Assembly (NCBI GenBank): GCA_003574845.1 | Contig: NDHY01000006.1 | Coordinates: 1 to 58,174, forward strand | DNA length: 58,174 nucleotides | Source of the DNA: a candidate division NPL-UPA2 bacterium Unc8 | Lineage (GTDB): Bacteria > NPL-UPA2 | Direction of reading: 5' to 3' | Part shown: piece by piece, positions 29,820 to 39,067 of the stretch | Position numbering within the stretch: the first letter of the stretch is position 1 | How the letters are laid out: each line of letters starts with the position of its first letter | Program-made: the position numbers and the translations under genes | Notes under the pieces: model-generated | Told to the model about the DNA's origin: nothing | Database searches by the model: none | What the model saw: the letters and a program-made list of their open reading frames with translations, nothing else

Positions 29820-30356
29820 ATGAAACCTTATTGGGATGTGAATGTTTTGACAGGCACAAAAACGGCTAAAATCGTAGAAGATCCGGTGCAGTGGGCGAGC
29901 ATAATCAAAAAATCAATCAGGCCTCTCTACATTTTGGGGCCGGATACAGTTGACCGTAACATCGGTGACAAGCTATTCTTGGAATATTGTTTGGATGTTG
30001 CTAAAGCCGGAAATCTACCTATCTGCGCGACTGCCCATGTGCGCAAGAAGATGTCGGAAATGGGCGTTGAGACGGACAGTGCCTATGACATAATTGAGAT
30101 TATCAATCACTTGAAAGACCCTGAGTGGCAGGGAGTTAGAAAGGAGGGCAATCATGATTTGATAATGTTTACGGGAGTGCGCTGTGACCTTGCAGAACGG
30201 GGGCTTGCCACCCTTAAACACTTTGCTCCTCATCTGAAGACAATGGCTCTTTGTCGTTTCAGTCACCCTAATGCTGACTTTGCTCTCCCGGTTATCCGGA
30301 AAGATACAAAATGGCAGGAATATTTTGATGGCTTAGTTGCCAACTTAATAAATTAA
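29820..30356 (+). CDS. cdhB: ACDS epsilon subunit
   Basis: RPL..LGP and LKDPEWQGVRKEGNHDL motif; LKHFAP; directly follows cdhA. Confidence 0.9.
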   Translation: MKPYWDVNVLTGTKTAKIVEDPVQWASIIKKSIRPLYILGPDTVDRNIGDKLFLEYCLDVAKAGNLPICATAHVRKKMSEMGVETDSAYDIIEIINHLKDPEWQGVRKEGNHDLIMFTGVRCDLAERGLATLKHFAPHLKTMALCRFSHPNADFALPVIRKDTKWQEYFDGLVANLIN

Positions 30357-30364
30357 AAGGAGGG

Positions 30365-31585
30365 ATGGGCACAATGAAATTTAATGTGGAAGTAGGGCCG
30401 CAGTTTGAAGGAGAACGAGTTAGGAAAGATGACCTTTACATTGAATTTGGAGGGCCAAAGGTAGGAGCAAAAGTAGAGCTGGCTACCATAAAGAAAATGG
30501 ATGAGGTTGAGCACGGGAAGATTACAATTATTGGGCCAGATATAGGAGACCTGGCTGAAGGTGGCAGTTATCCCCTTGGGGTTCAGGTAGAAGTCGCCGG
30601 ACCTGAGCTGGATAAGGATATGGAGCCGGTATTTGAAAGGAGAATACACCAGTATTGCAACTATATAGAAGGCTTCATGCATTCGGCGCAACGGAACGAT
30701 GTCTGGATAAGGATAAGTAAAGATGCGGTAAAGAAAGGTCTTACTTCATTAGAAGAGGTGGGCAAGGTGCTGGTCTATCTTTATCCATCAGAGTTACCGA
30801 TTATTGAAAAAGTAGCAGTTACATTTATCACTGATTCTAAGAAAGTAGAAGAGTTTCTTCCTTCTGCCCTGACCGTTTACAAAGAGCGGGATGAGCGGGT
30901 AAAGGGACTGACCGAGGAGGTAGTGGATGAGTTCTATGGCTGCACTCTCTGTCAGAGTTTTGCGCCCACCCATGTCTGCATTATCACGCCGGAACGAGTC
31001 TCTCTCTGCGGTGCGGTAAACTGGTTTGATGGTCGTGCCGCATCCAAGATTGACCCATATGGTCCACAGTTTGTAGTAGAAAAGGGTGAACTTCTGGACG
31101 CGAATACAACAATATACAGCAAGGTTAATGAAGTGGTGGCGGAAAAATCTATGGGAGCAAGCAGTGTCTTTTGTCTGCATAGCGTCTTTGGGAATCCCCA
31201 CACCTCCTGCGGTTGCTTTGAATCCATTGCTTTCTATATTCCCGAGGTTGATGGGGTTGGAATCCTGACAAGGGATTTTAGTGGTGAGAGCGTTAACGGC
31301 AGTCCTTTCTCTACTATGGCTGGTGAGTTAAGCGGTGGCAAGCAAGTAGAGGGATACATAGGAATGGGAGTAGAATATCTACGGTCACCCAAGTTCCTAA
31401 AAGGAGATGGTGGCTTGCGGCGGGTGGTATGGATGCCAAAAGTGGTAAAGGAAAGGATGAAGGATTCTATATCTCCTGAAATGTTTGACAAGATAGCGAC
31501 GGAAGAACACGCTAAAAATATTGATGAGCTCACTGAGTTTCTTAACAAGGTTAAGCATCCTGTAATGAGCGGGGAATTTTCATAA
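30365..31585 (+). CDS. cdhC: Acetyl-CoA synthase, short archaeal-type beta subunit
   Basis: FEGERVRK, CTLCQSFAPTHVC, SLCGA and PHTSCGCFE motifs; 406 aa, lacking the bacterial AcsB N-terminal domain. Confidence 0.95.
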   Translation: MGTMKFNVEVGPQFEGERVRKDDLYIEFGGPKVGAKVELATIKKMDEVEHGKITIIGPDIGDLAEGGSYPLGVQVEVAGPELDKDMEPVFERRIHQYCNYIEGFMHSAQRNDVWIRISKDAVKKGLTSLEEVGKVLVYLYPSELPIIEKVAVTFITDSKKVEEFLPSALTVYKERDERVKGLTEEVVDEFYGCTLCQSFAPTHVCIITPERVSLCGAVNWFDGRAASKIDPYGPQFVVEKGELLDANTTIYSKVNEVVAEKSMGASSVFCLHSVFGNPHTSCGCFESIAFYIPEVDGVGILTRDFSGESVNGSPFSTMAGELSGGKQVEGYIGMGVEYLRSPKFLKGDGGLRRVVWMPKVVKERMKDSISPEMFDKIATEEHAKNIDELTEFLNKVKHPVMSGEFS

Positions 31586-31603
31586 AAAGGAGCGAGTTAT
31601 ATT

Positions 31604-32959
31604 ATGGCAGTTAAGGGAACTGATATTAAGGACAAACTACCGGGCACAAATTGTAAAGAATGTGGTATGCCTACCTGCTTCGGGTTTGCGATGAAATTAG
31701 CTTCAGGCAAAGCAGAGCCTGATAACTGCCCTTATCTTGACCCGCAAGTAAGAGAAGAATTAGAGGACCTTTTAGCGCCACCAATGAAATTGGTCACGAT
31801 TGGTTCCGGAGCACAGGCAGTAAGCATTGGTGAAGAGGAGGTTATGTTTCGGCATGAAAAAACATTCTTTCATGCACCCGGCTTTGCTCTTCTTATCTCT
31901 GATAATGAGACAGAGGAGGAGATTGCAGGTAAGATAAAGAGGATAAGGGAGCTGCAATTTGACCGTGTTGGGATAAACCTCAAAGCTGATTTACTGGCTT
32001 TACATTTTACCTCAGGAGAGGTGGCAAGGTATGTTGCTCTGGTGAAAAAAGTGGCGACAGAAGCATCAGATATAGGAGTCGTTCTGATTTCAGAAGATAC
32101 AGAGGCTCTCCTTAAAGCTCTGGATGCTTATGGTGCCGAGAAGAAACCATTGCTCTATCCGGTGACTGCCGACAATATTGTTAAAATCACCGAATATATT
32201 AAAGAGAAGCCGACTCCGGTAGGTGTGAAAGCAGGCAGTGTGGAGGAAGTCGCAGCACTGACAGCAAAGCTACGCGCTGCCGGTATAGAAGAAATAGTGC
32301 TGGATCCAGACTCTAAGAACCTGGCGGAGGCAGTGCGAGATCAAACTCTTATCCGGCGGGCTGCTCTGAAGAAGGGTTTTCGCCCACTCGGCTTTCCTTC
32401 AATCACTTTTCCCTGTTTTATGACAGAGGAAAAACAAGAAGAAGTTTTATTGGCAGCGGGGTTAATTGCTAAATATGCAGGGATTGTCGTGTTAAGCAAT
32501 ATGGAGAGTCACTCTATTTTTCCCCTTTTAGTAGAGCGATTAAACATCTATACCGACCCGCGTCGTCCGATGACAGTAGAAGAGAAGGTCTACGAAATAA
32601 ATGAACCAGATAAAAATGCGCCAGTCATTGTTACTACTAATTTTGCCTTGACTTATTTCGCTGTCTCATCGGAGATGGAGATAAGCAAGGTACCGTCTTA
32701 CCTGTGTATTCAGGACACCGAAGGTCTCTGCGTTCTGGCGGCCTGGTCAACAGGCAAGTTTACTGCTGATACCATCTCTTCCTATATCAAGCGGTCAGGA
32801 ATTGCTGATAAGATAAGTCATCGTAATCTTATTATTCCCGGATATGTCGCCCAGATTAAAGGTGAACTGGAAGAAGAACTACCGGATTGGCAGATTATCG
32901 TCGGTGCCCGCGAGGCAACAGGTATTCCGGCAATGCTAAAGTTAGGTGTTAAGTATTAG
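31604..32959 (+). CDS. acsC: Corrinoid iron-sulfur protein large subunit
   Basis: LPGTNCKECGMPTCFGFA, FRHEKTF, NIYTDP and TTNFALTYF motifs (CdhE/AcsC). Confidence 0.95.
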   Translation: MAVKGTDIKDKLPGTNCKECGMPTCFGFAMKLASGKAEPDNCPYLDPQVREELEDLLAPPMKLVTIGSGAQAVSIGEEEVMFRHEKTFFHAPGFALLISDNETEEEIAGKIKRIRELQFDRVGINLKADLLALHFTSGEVARYVALVKKVATEASDIGVVLISEDTEALLKALDAYGAEKKPLLYPVTADNIVKITEYIKEKPTPVGVKAGSVEEVAALTAKLRAAGIEEIVLDPDSKNLAEAVRDQTLIRRAALKKGFRPLGFPSITFPCFMTEEKQEEVLLAAGLIAKYAGIVVLSNMESHSIFPLLVERLNIYTDPRRPMTVEEKVYEINEPDKNAPVIVTTNFALTYFAVSSEMEISKVPSYLCIQDTEGLCVLAAWSTGKFTADTISSYIKRSGIADKISHRNLIIPGYVAQIKGELEEELPDWQIIVGAREATGIPAMLKLGVKY

Positions 32960-33005
32960 ATGTTAGATGTTGGGACATAGTATCTAAAATGAAGGAGGAA
33001 TAAAG

Positions 33006-34769
33006 ATGGCTCTTGACCCGACTAAATATAAGGACTGGCAGATTGCGGAAGATTCCGAGCAGAGAATGAAAAGGGTTTCTCAACTGGCAGATGAAATGGG
33101 GCTTCAGACAGAGGAGCTTTTGCCTTATGGGCACTATGTGGCCAAAATAGATTTCAAAAAGGTTATGGCTCGTCTCAAGGATACTCCTGATGCTAAATAC
33201 ATTGATGTGACTGCCATTACTCCTACTCCTCTTGGTGAAGGGAAAAGCACATCTACAATTGGTCTGGTCCAGGGCCTGGGTAAACGTAGTAAGCGCGTCC
33301 TTGGTGCAATCAGGCAGCCTTCTGGTGGACCAACAATGAATATTAAGGGAAGCGCCGCTGGTGGTGGGCTTGCGCAATGCATTCCCCTGACTCCCTTCTC
33401 ATTAGGTCTTACCGGCGACATAAATGCTATTATGAATGCTCATAATCTGGCGATGGTAGCGCTGACTTCACGGATGCAGCATGAGAATAATTACACCGAT
33501 GAAGAGCTATCCGAACGAGGTCTTAAACGGTTGGACATTGACCCGAAAAATGTGGAATTGCGCTGGATCATTGATTTTTGCGCACAATCTCTGCGGAACA
33601 TCGTCATTGGCTTAGGCGGCAATAGGGATGGCTTGACTGTGCAATCTGGCTTTAATATTGCTGTGAGCTCAGAGGTTATGGCAATACTCTCCGTTGCTGT
33701 GAGCCTGAAAGATATGCGGGAACGGATGGGCAAGATAGTAGTTGCTTATGATAAGACAGGCAGCCCTATTACCACAGCTGATTTAGAAGTAGATGGAGCA
33801 ATGACGGCATGGATGGTGGAAGCATTAAATCCTAATTTAATGCAGACCATTGAAGGTCAACCAGTCATTGTTCATGCAGGTCCATTTGCCAATATCGCTA
33901 TCGGCCAGTCTTCTATCATCGCCGATAAGTTAGGATTGAAACTGTGTGATTATCATATTACGGAAAGTGGCTTCGGTGCTGATATCGGCTTTGAAAAATT
34001 CTGGAACTTGAAGTGCCGCTACAGCGGGCTTAAACCGCATTGTGCTGTAGTGGTGGCTACCATCCGCGCCTTAAAAAGCCATGGTGGTGGTCCGCCTGTT
34101 CCGCCAGGGAAACCTCTTGCCTCAGCTTACCTAAAAGAGAATATAGCCTGGGTGGAGAAAGGATGCGAAAACCTGATTCACCATATTAACACTGTCAAAA
34201 AAGCAGGAATTAACCCTGTGGTGTGCATCAACTCCTTTTATACCGATACGAAAGCAGAAATTGAACTGGTGCGCAAGTTAGCCAGCACCGCCGGTGCGCG
34301 AGTGGCTGTATCTGAACACTGGCTGCGTGGTGGAGACGGGGCGCTTGAGTTTGCCGATGCCGTAGTTGATGCATGCGAAGAGAAGAATGATTTCAAGTTT
34401 CTCTATGACCTAAAGATGTCCCCTCGCCAGCGCATTGAACTGATTGCCAGAGAAGTCTATGGAGCAGATGGTGTGAGTTATACTCCTGATGCAGCAGCCA
34501 AAGTAAAAAAGATAGAGGAAGACGCTGAATTGTCCAGGCTCGGTATCTGCATGGTCAAGACTCATCTCTCTCTCTCCTATGACCCAACTCGCAAAGGTGC
34601 CCCGCGCGGATGGACGCTGCCGATCAGAGATGTTCTTACTTACAATGGGGCAGGCTTTATAGTCCCTGTGGCAGGAGCGATAACCCTCATGCCGGGAACA
34701 GCTTCTGACCCTGCCTATCGCCGCATTGATGTAGATACTGAGACAGGCAAGGTCAAGGGAGTTTTCTAA
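33006..34769 (+). CDS. fhs: Formate--tetrahydrofolate ligase
   Basis: [31 protein letters not shown] and [14 protein letters not shown] motifs. Confidence 0.97.
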   Translation: MALDPTKYKDWQIAEDSEQRMKRVSQLADEMGLQTEELLPYGHYVAKIDFKKVMARLKDTPDAKYIDVTAITPTPLGEGKSTSTIGLVQGLGKRSKRVLGAIRQPSGGPTMNIKGSAAGGGLAQCIPLTPFSLGLTGDINAIMNAHNLAMVALTSRMQHENNYTDEELSERGLKRLDIDPKNVELRWIIDFCAQSLRNIVIGLGGNRDGLTVQSGFNIAVSSEVMAILSVAVSLKDMRERMGKIVVAYDKTGSPITTADLEVDGAMTAWMVEALNPNLMQTIEGQPVIVHAGPFANIAIGQSSIIADKLGLKLCDYHITESGFGADIGFEKFWNLKCRYSGLKPHCAVVVATIRALKSHGGGPPVPPGKPLASAYLKENIAWVEKGCENLIHHINTVKKAGINPVVCINSFYTDTKAEIELVRKLASTAGARVAVSEHWLRGGDGALEFADAVVDACEEKNDFKFLYDLKMSPRQRIELIAREVYGADGVSYTPDAAAKVKKIEEDAELSRLGICMVKTHLSLSYDPTRKGAPRGWTLPIRDVLTYNGAGFIVPVAGAITLMPGTASDPAYRRIDVDTETGKVKGVF

Positions 34770-34780
34770 TGTAAAATAAA

Positions 34781-34864
34781 TAAGTAGAGAGTAGAGAGTA
34801 GAGAGAGATGAAAATAGAAATTGGAAATTGGAAATTGGAAATTGGAAAATAGAAATTGAAATTG
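34781..34864. repeat. Heptamer arrays (AGTAGAG)3 and (GAAATTG)n at the fhs/Mrp boundary
   Basis: Seen directly; overlaps the presumed mnhE start. Confidence 0.85.
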
Positions 34865-35410
34865 CGAATTTGGCTGACCTTCCTCCTCTTATTTGGTTTC
34901 TGGATACTCTTATCCGGTCGGCTGGACATGATGCACCTTGGTCTCGGACTTGTTTGCTCCCTCCTGGTTGCTCTTTTTTCTCATGATTTGCTTATAAGAG
35001 ACTCTGGGGGCACTCTTCGCCGTCTGGCCATCTTCATCAGGTTTATACCATTTCTTGGGTGGTTAGTCTTCCAGATCATTATCGCCAACATCGATGTAGC
35101 GCGCCGGGTGATCGATCCCCGGATGCCTCTGTCCCCCGGAATCATAAAATTGAGCTCTCGCCTTAAGGGTGATATGGCTCTGACCACCCTGGCAAATTCG
35201 ATTACTCTGACACCCGGAACGATGACCTTGGATGTAGTGGGAAGCGACTTCTATATTCATTGCCTGGCAGTTGAGGACGCAGAAAAGTCTCTGGATATCG
35301 AAGGAGAGTTTGAGCGACAGGTGGAACGCTTGTGGGGAGAGGGGTTCAAAGTTCCAGGTTCAAGGTTCAGCGGTTCCCCTCCCAGCCCAACCGTGAACCG
35401 TGAACCGTGA
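34856..35410 (+). CDS. mnhE: Na+/H+ antiporter subunit E
   Basis: IIANIDVA, SPGII and LANSITLTPGT motifs; start uncertain; C-terminus extended by repeat-encoded sequence. Confidence 0.9.
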   Translation: MKLRIWLTFLLLFGFWILLSGRLDMMHLGLGLVCSLLVALFSHDLLIRDSGGTLRRLAIFIRFIPFLGWLVFQIIIANIDVARRVIDPRMPLSPGIIKLSSRLKGDMALTTLANSITLTPGTMTLDVVGSDFYIHCLAVEDAEKSLDIEGEFERQVERLWGEGFKVPGSRFSGSPPSPTVNREP

Positions 35411-35415
35411 ACCGT
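35342..35415. repeat. Inverted heptamer arms, GGTTCA-type then (CCGTGAA)3
   Basis: The left arm GGTTCAA/GGTTCAG units are complementary to the right arm TGAACC units. Confidence 0.85.
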
Positions 35416-35422
35416 ATAAGAA

Positions 35423-35683
35423 ATGAATGTCTTTCTGTTGATCGTGCTGGCGCTGTGTTTTACCACTCTGCTATGTTTCTATAGACTTATGGCTGGTCCC
35501 ACTCTGCCTGACCGGATAGTGGCGGCACAGGCAATCACCACCAAGACCCTGGCCATCCTGGTACTGCTCGCCTTTATCTATGACCAGATGATATTCCTGG
35601 ACATCTCTCTAACCTATGCCTTGCTGGCATTCCTGTCGGTGCTGGCAATTGCCAGATACCTCGGACACGGGAGGGTAGGATGA
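35423..35683 (+). CDS. mnhF: Na+/H+ antiporter subunit F
   Basis: YRLMAGPTLPDRIVA motif; three TM segments. Confidence 0.9.
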   Translation: MNVFLLIVLALCFTTLLCFYRLMAGPTLPDRIVAAQAITTKTLAILVLLAFIYDQMIFLDISLTYALLAFLSVLAIARYLGHGRVG

Positions 35684-36006
35684 TAATTGAGATACTCACG
35701 GTTCTTTTTCTCTCCTTGGGGGCACTGTTCTTTCTTATAGGGACTATCGCAATTCTTAGATTTCCTGATGTTTACTGCCGGCTTCATGGCACAACTAAAT
35801 GCGATACGCTGGGGTTGGGACTGATATTGGCGGGGCTAATCCTGTATGAAGGAGCAACACTCGCCAGTGTGAAAATGGTGTTTATTATTGTCTTCGTCTT
35901 TCTAACCAATCCCGTTGCAGCCCATGCTTTTGCCCGAGCGATCTATAAACATGGCGTGAAATTATGGGAGAAAAGCGTGGTGGACAGATATAAGGAGCAA
36001 TCCTAA
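35680..36006 (+). CDS. mnhG: Na+/H+ antiporter subunit G
   Basis: RFPDVYCRLHGTTKCDTLG and TNPVAAHA motifs. Confidence 0.9.
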   Translation: MIIEILTVLFLSLGALFFLIGTIAILRFPDVYCRLHGTTKCDTLGLGLILAGLILYEGATLASVKMVFIIVFVFLTNPVAAHAFARAIYKHGVKLWEKSVVDRYKEQS

Positions 36007-36130
36007 ATCCTAATTTCTAAGCACTAAACAAATCCAACTATCAAAATCTCAAATATGAGGCAGTTTTGAACATTTGTGCCTTTGGATTTTGGATTTGTTT
36101 AGGATTTGGGGTTTCGGATTTAGAGTTTAA
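36001..36130. repeat. About 130-bp imperfect palindromic element of degenerate heptamers
   Basis: CTAAACAAATCCAA ... TTGGATTTGTTTAG (14-bp exact inverted repeat) plus AAATCCTAA/TTAGGATTT. Confidence 0.8.
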
Positions 36131-36135
36131 ACAAT

Positions 36136-36378
36136 ATGGGGATACTTGAGTTCATACTGATGTCTTTTCTGGTAATACTGGCCATCGCAGTGGTCTTCGC
36201 GCGTGATTTGCTCGCCGCAACCATCGTTTTCCTGGTCTATAGCCTGATAATGGCCATAGTGTTCACCCAGTTAAAAGCCCCTGATGTAGCCTTAACCGAG
36301 GCAGCAGTGGGGGCCGGAATTACCACCTTGCTTTTCATTATCACTATAGCCAAAACAACCAGGAGGGAAGAAGAATGA
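36136..36378 (+). CDS. MbhD/DUF4040-like antiporter subunit
   Basis: APDVALTEAAVGAG motif. Confidence 0.85.
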   Translation: MGILEFILMSFLVILAIAVVFARDLLAATIVFLVYSLIMAIVFTQLKAPDVALTEAAVGAGITTLLFIITIAKTTRREEE

Positions 36379-36653
36379 TTAAGCAAGTGGCGTCACTTAT
36401 TGTCTTGCTGGGGATCGGTATCATACTCACCATGGCGGTGATCGATATGCCAGCATTTGGCGACCCGGAGGCACCCGCTCATCGCCATGTCGCCCCGCGG
36501 TATATTGCCCTGGCCGAGGAGGAAACCGGGGTGACCAATATGGTTACCGCAATCCTCGCCGACTACCGTGGATATGACACCCTGGGCGAGCTTACGGTGA
36601 TATTTGCCGCCGGAGCAGCAGTGTTATCATTGCTGGGGAGCAAGCACGAATGA
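36375..36653 (+). CDS. MbhE-like antiporter subunit (MrpA C-terminal fragment)
   Basis: NMVTAILADYRGYDTLGE motif. Confidence 0.85.
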   Translation: MIKQVASLIVLLGIGIILTMAVIDMPAFGDPEAPAHRHVAPRYIALAEEETGVTNMVTAILADYRGYDTLGELTVIFAAGAAVLSLLGSKHE

Positions 36654-37072
36654 CGACAGTAGTTATTCAGACAATCGGTCGGATATTGGTGCCATTTATA
36701 CAACTGTTTGGGCTATATGTCATCATACATGGACCGGTGAGCCCCGGCGGCGGCTTCCAGGGCGGGGTAATTGTGGGGGCGAGCATGATTTTGCTGGCGT
36801 TGTCTTACGATTTATCCAGCGCCGAAGCCAGGGCAAGCCACAAGGTGAGAATCGCTATGGATAGCACCGGCGCTCTGCTCTTCGCCGGAATCGGGTTAGT
36901 TGCTTTGCTGGCCGGGGGGTTTTTCCTGGAGTATGGTATAATTCCACTCCCAATGGCCCCGGCCGAAGTCAGGGGGATTTTCATTCTGCTGGTCGGGGTG
37001 GCCATCGGAATTCACATCATGGCACTGGCAGCCTCATTATTCCTGCATCTGGCGGAAGAGCATGAGATTTGA
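36650..37072 (+). CDS. mnhB: Na+/H+ antiporter subunit B
   Basis: HGPVSPGGGFQGG motif. Confidence 0.9.
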   Translation: MTTVVIQTIGRILVPFIQLFGLYVIIHGPVSPGGGFQGGVIVGASMILLALSYDLSSAEARASHKVRIAMDSTGALLFAGIGLVALLAGGFFLEYGIIPLPMAPAEVRGIFILLVGVAIGIHIMALAASLFLHLAEEHEI

Positions 37073-37403
37073 GTTCATCGCGGTCAATTTCCCTTATTTT
37101 GTTTCTGTCGCCCTGCTCCTCGTGGGGCTCTACGCCATGATAGTGCGGAAAAACCTGATCAAGAAGATTATGGGCCTGAATATCTTCTCCACTTCGGTTC
37201 TCTTCTTTTTGATAGCAGCGGGCTACAAAGAGGGTGGAGCGCCTCCCATAAGGGTGCCGGGGATAGAGGTATATGTGAATCCACTGCCCCATGCCCTGGT
37301 GCTCACCGGAATTGTGGTCGCCCTGGCGCTGACCACCTTTGCCCTCGCTCTGGTGATAAAGATATATAAAGAATACGGAACGATAGATTCGGACAAACTT
37401 TAA
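37062..37403 (+). CDS. mnhC: Na+/H+ antiporter subunit C
   Basis: NLIKKIMGL and NPLPHALVLTGIVV motifs. Confidence 0.9.
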   Translation: MRFEFIAVNFPYFVSVALLLVGLYAMIVRKNLIKKIMGLNIFSTSVLFFLIAAGYKEGGAPPIRVPGIEVYVNPLPHALVLTGIVVALALTTFALALVIKIYKEYGTIDSDKL

Positions 37404-37404
37404 C

Positions 37405-37467
37405 AGGTTCAAAGTTCCATGGTTCACAGTTCAAAGTTGTGAACCGTGAACCGTGAACCGTGAACCC
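37405..37467. repeat. Inverted heptamer arms, GTTC-type then (GTGAACC)4
   Basis: Shares GGTTCAAAGTTCCA and CCGTGAA units with 35342-35415. Confidence 0.85.
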
Positions 37468-37471
37468 GACT

Positions 37472-38998
37472 ATGGATCATGCTCCTATACTAGTAGTCAT
37501 AGCGCCATTTGTTGGTGCTTATTTGATTCCGTTGCTGGGCCTGTGGAAGGAAAAACTTTGTTATCCGGTCGCCACGGTAGCGGCATTGCTCTCAGCATTC
37601 TTCTCATTCTGGCTAACCGCCTCCGTGCTGGAGTTGGGTACCATTCGGTATTACGTGGGGGGCTGGGAGCCCCCCTGGGGTATCGAGTTAGTAGTAGACC
37701 CGCTCAGCGCTTTCATGTGTCTTACCATATCCCTGGTGAGTCTATTCGCGGTGATATATTCTAAGAACTACATTGGGAGGGAGCTCCCGGGGGGAAAGAC
37801 GACTTCCTACTATACACTGATATTGCTCCTCATCGGTGGCATGCTGGGGGCGGTGGTTACCGGTGACCTTTTTAACTTATTTGTATTGACCGAGATATTC
37901 TCCGTAGCCGCATACGCCCTGGTATGCATCGGCCGGAAAAGAGGTTCGCTCATCGCCAGCTACCGCTATCTGATACTGGCGTCAATTGGCACCAGTCTCA
38001 TACTTCTGGGTACCGGCTACCTCTACGTAGTCACCGGTACGCTCAACATGGCGGATCTTGCGGCGAGACTCCCCGCCCTTTATGACTCCTGGGTAGTAAT
38101 TGGCGCTATGGCCTTTCTCGTGGTGGGTTTCGGTATCAAGACTGCTCTTTTCCCCCTGCATACCTGGCTGCCCGACGCGCATTCCATCGCGCCAGCGCCG
38201 ATAAGCGTCATTCTTTCTGCACTGGTGATAAAAGTGGGCGCCTATTCGATCATCAGAGTACTTTTCTCTATCTTCGGGGTTGAATTTATCACCGGGCCGA
38301 TACCTATTGCATCGGTGCTGACATGGGTGGCGGCGGTGGGCATACTCATGGGTTCCCTGTTCGCCATATCGCAAACGGATATCAAGAGGATGTTAGCCTA
38401 TTCCAGTGTGGCCCACATCGGCTATGTGGTAATGGGCGTTGGATTGGCCATGGAGATCGGCATGACGGGGGGAATACTTCATATCTTTAACCATGCCCTG
38501 GCAAAAGGGTGTCTCTTCTTCTGCGCCGGGGCGGTGATCTATCAGACCGGGATTCGCAGCATAGACGATTTCCGTGGTTTAGGCAGTAAGATGCCGGTTA
38601 CGATGGCAGCCTTCACCCTGGCAGCGGCCTCAATGGTAGGAATCCCACCGACCGCCGGGTTCATGAGCAAACTCTATCTCGCCCTGGGGACTCTGGAAGC
38701 AGGAGCGTGGGTTTTCCTCATAGTCATACTGGTCGGCAGCTTTCTGACCGCGGTATTCTATCTCCGGGTTGTTAACCTCATCTACTTTGGTGAGTCAAGA
38801 GTCAAGAGTCAAGAGTCAAGAGTCGGGGTGGGGGACTCCAGACTCCAGACTCCAGACTCCAGACTCTTTAGGGAAGTCCCCCTCACGATGCTGATACCCA
38901 TAATTATCCTGGCGCTGGGGTGCACACTCTTCGGCATATTTGTATTTATACCCCTATCAGTGGTGGAGCCAGCAGTTAAGTTGTTGTTGGGAAATTGA
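37472..38998 (+). CDS. mnhD: MrpD/MbhH antiporter-like membrane subunit with in-frame repeat insertion
   Basis: GDLFNLFVLTEI, KTALFPLHTWLPDAH, KRMLAYSSVAHIG and GIPPTAGFMSK motifs. Confidence 0.9.
   Translation: MDHAPILVVIAPFVGAYLIPLLGLWKEKLCYPVATVAALLSAFFSFWLTASVLELGTIRYYVGGWEPPWGIELVVDPLSAFMCLTISLVSLFAVIYSKNYIGRELPGGKTTSYYTLILLLIGGMLGAVVTGDLFNLFVLTEIFSVAAYALVCIGRKRGSLIASYRYLILASIGTSLILLGTGYLYVVTGTLNMADLAARLPALYDSWVVIGAMAFLVVGFGIKTALFPLHTWLPDAHSIAPAPISVILSALVIKVGAYSIIRVLFSIFGVEFITGPIPIASVLTWVAAVGILMGSLFAISQTDIKRMLAYSSVAHIGYVVMGVGLAMEIGMTGGILHIFNHALAKGCLFFCAGAVIYQTGIRSIDDFRGLGSKMPVTMAAFTLAAASMVGIPPTAGFMSKLYLALGTLEAGAWVFLIVILVGSFLTAVFYLRVVNLIYFGESRVKSQESRVGVGDSRLQTPDSRLFREVPLTMLIPIIILALGCTLFGIFVFIPLSVVEPAVKLLLGN
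38792..38868. repeat. In-frame inverted heptamer insertion, (GAGTCAA)4+ then (GACTCCA)4+
   Basis: GAGTC cores pair with GACTC cores; translated as ESRVKSQESRVGVGDSRLQTPDSRL. Confidence 0.9.
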
Positions 38999-39067
38999 GT
39001 ATCGAGTTCTGAGTATTGAGTATTGAGGAGGAGAGGTGGGCGGCCTCAGAACTCAGAACTCTAAACT
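38995..39067. repeat. Inverted heptamer arms, GAGTATT/GAGTTCT then (CTCAGAA)2
   Basis: Seen directly between the mnhD paralogs. Confidence 0.8.
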
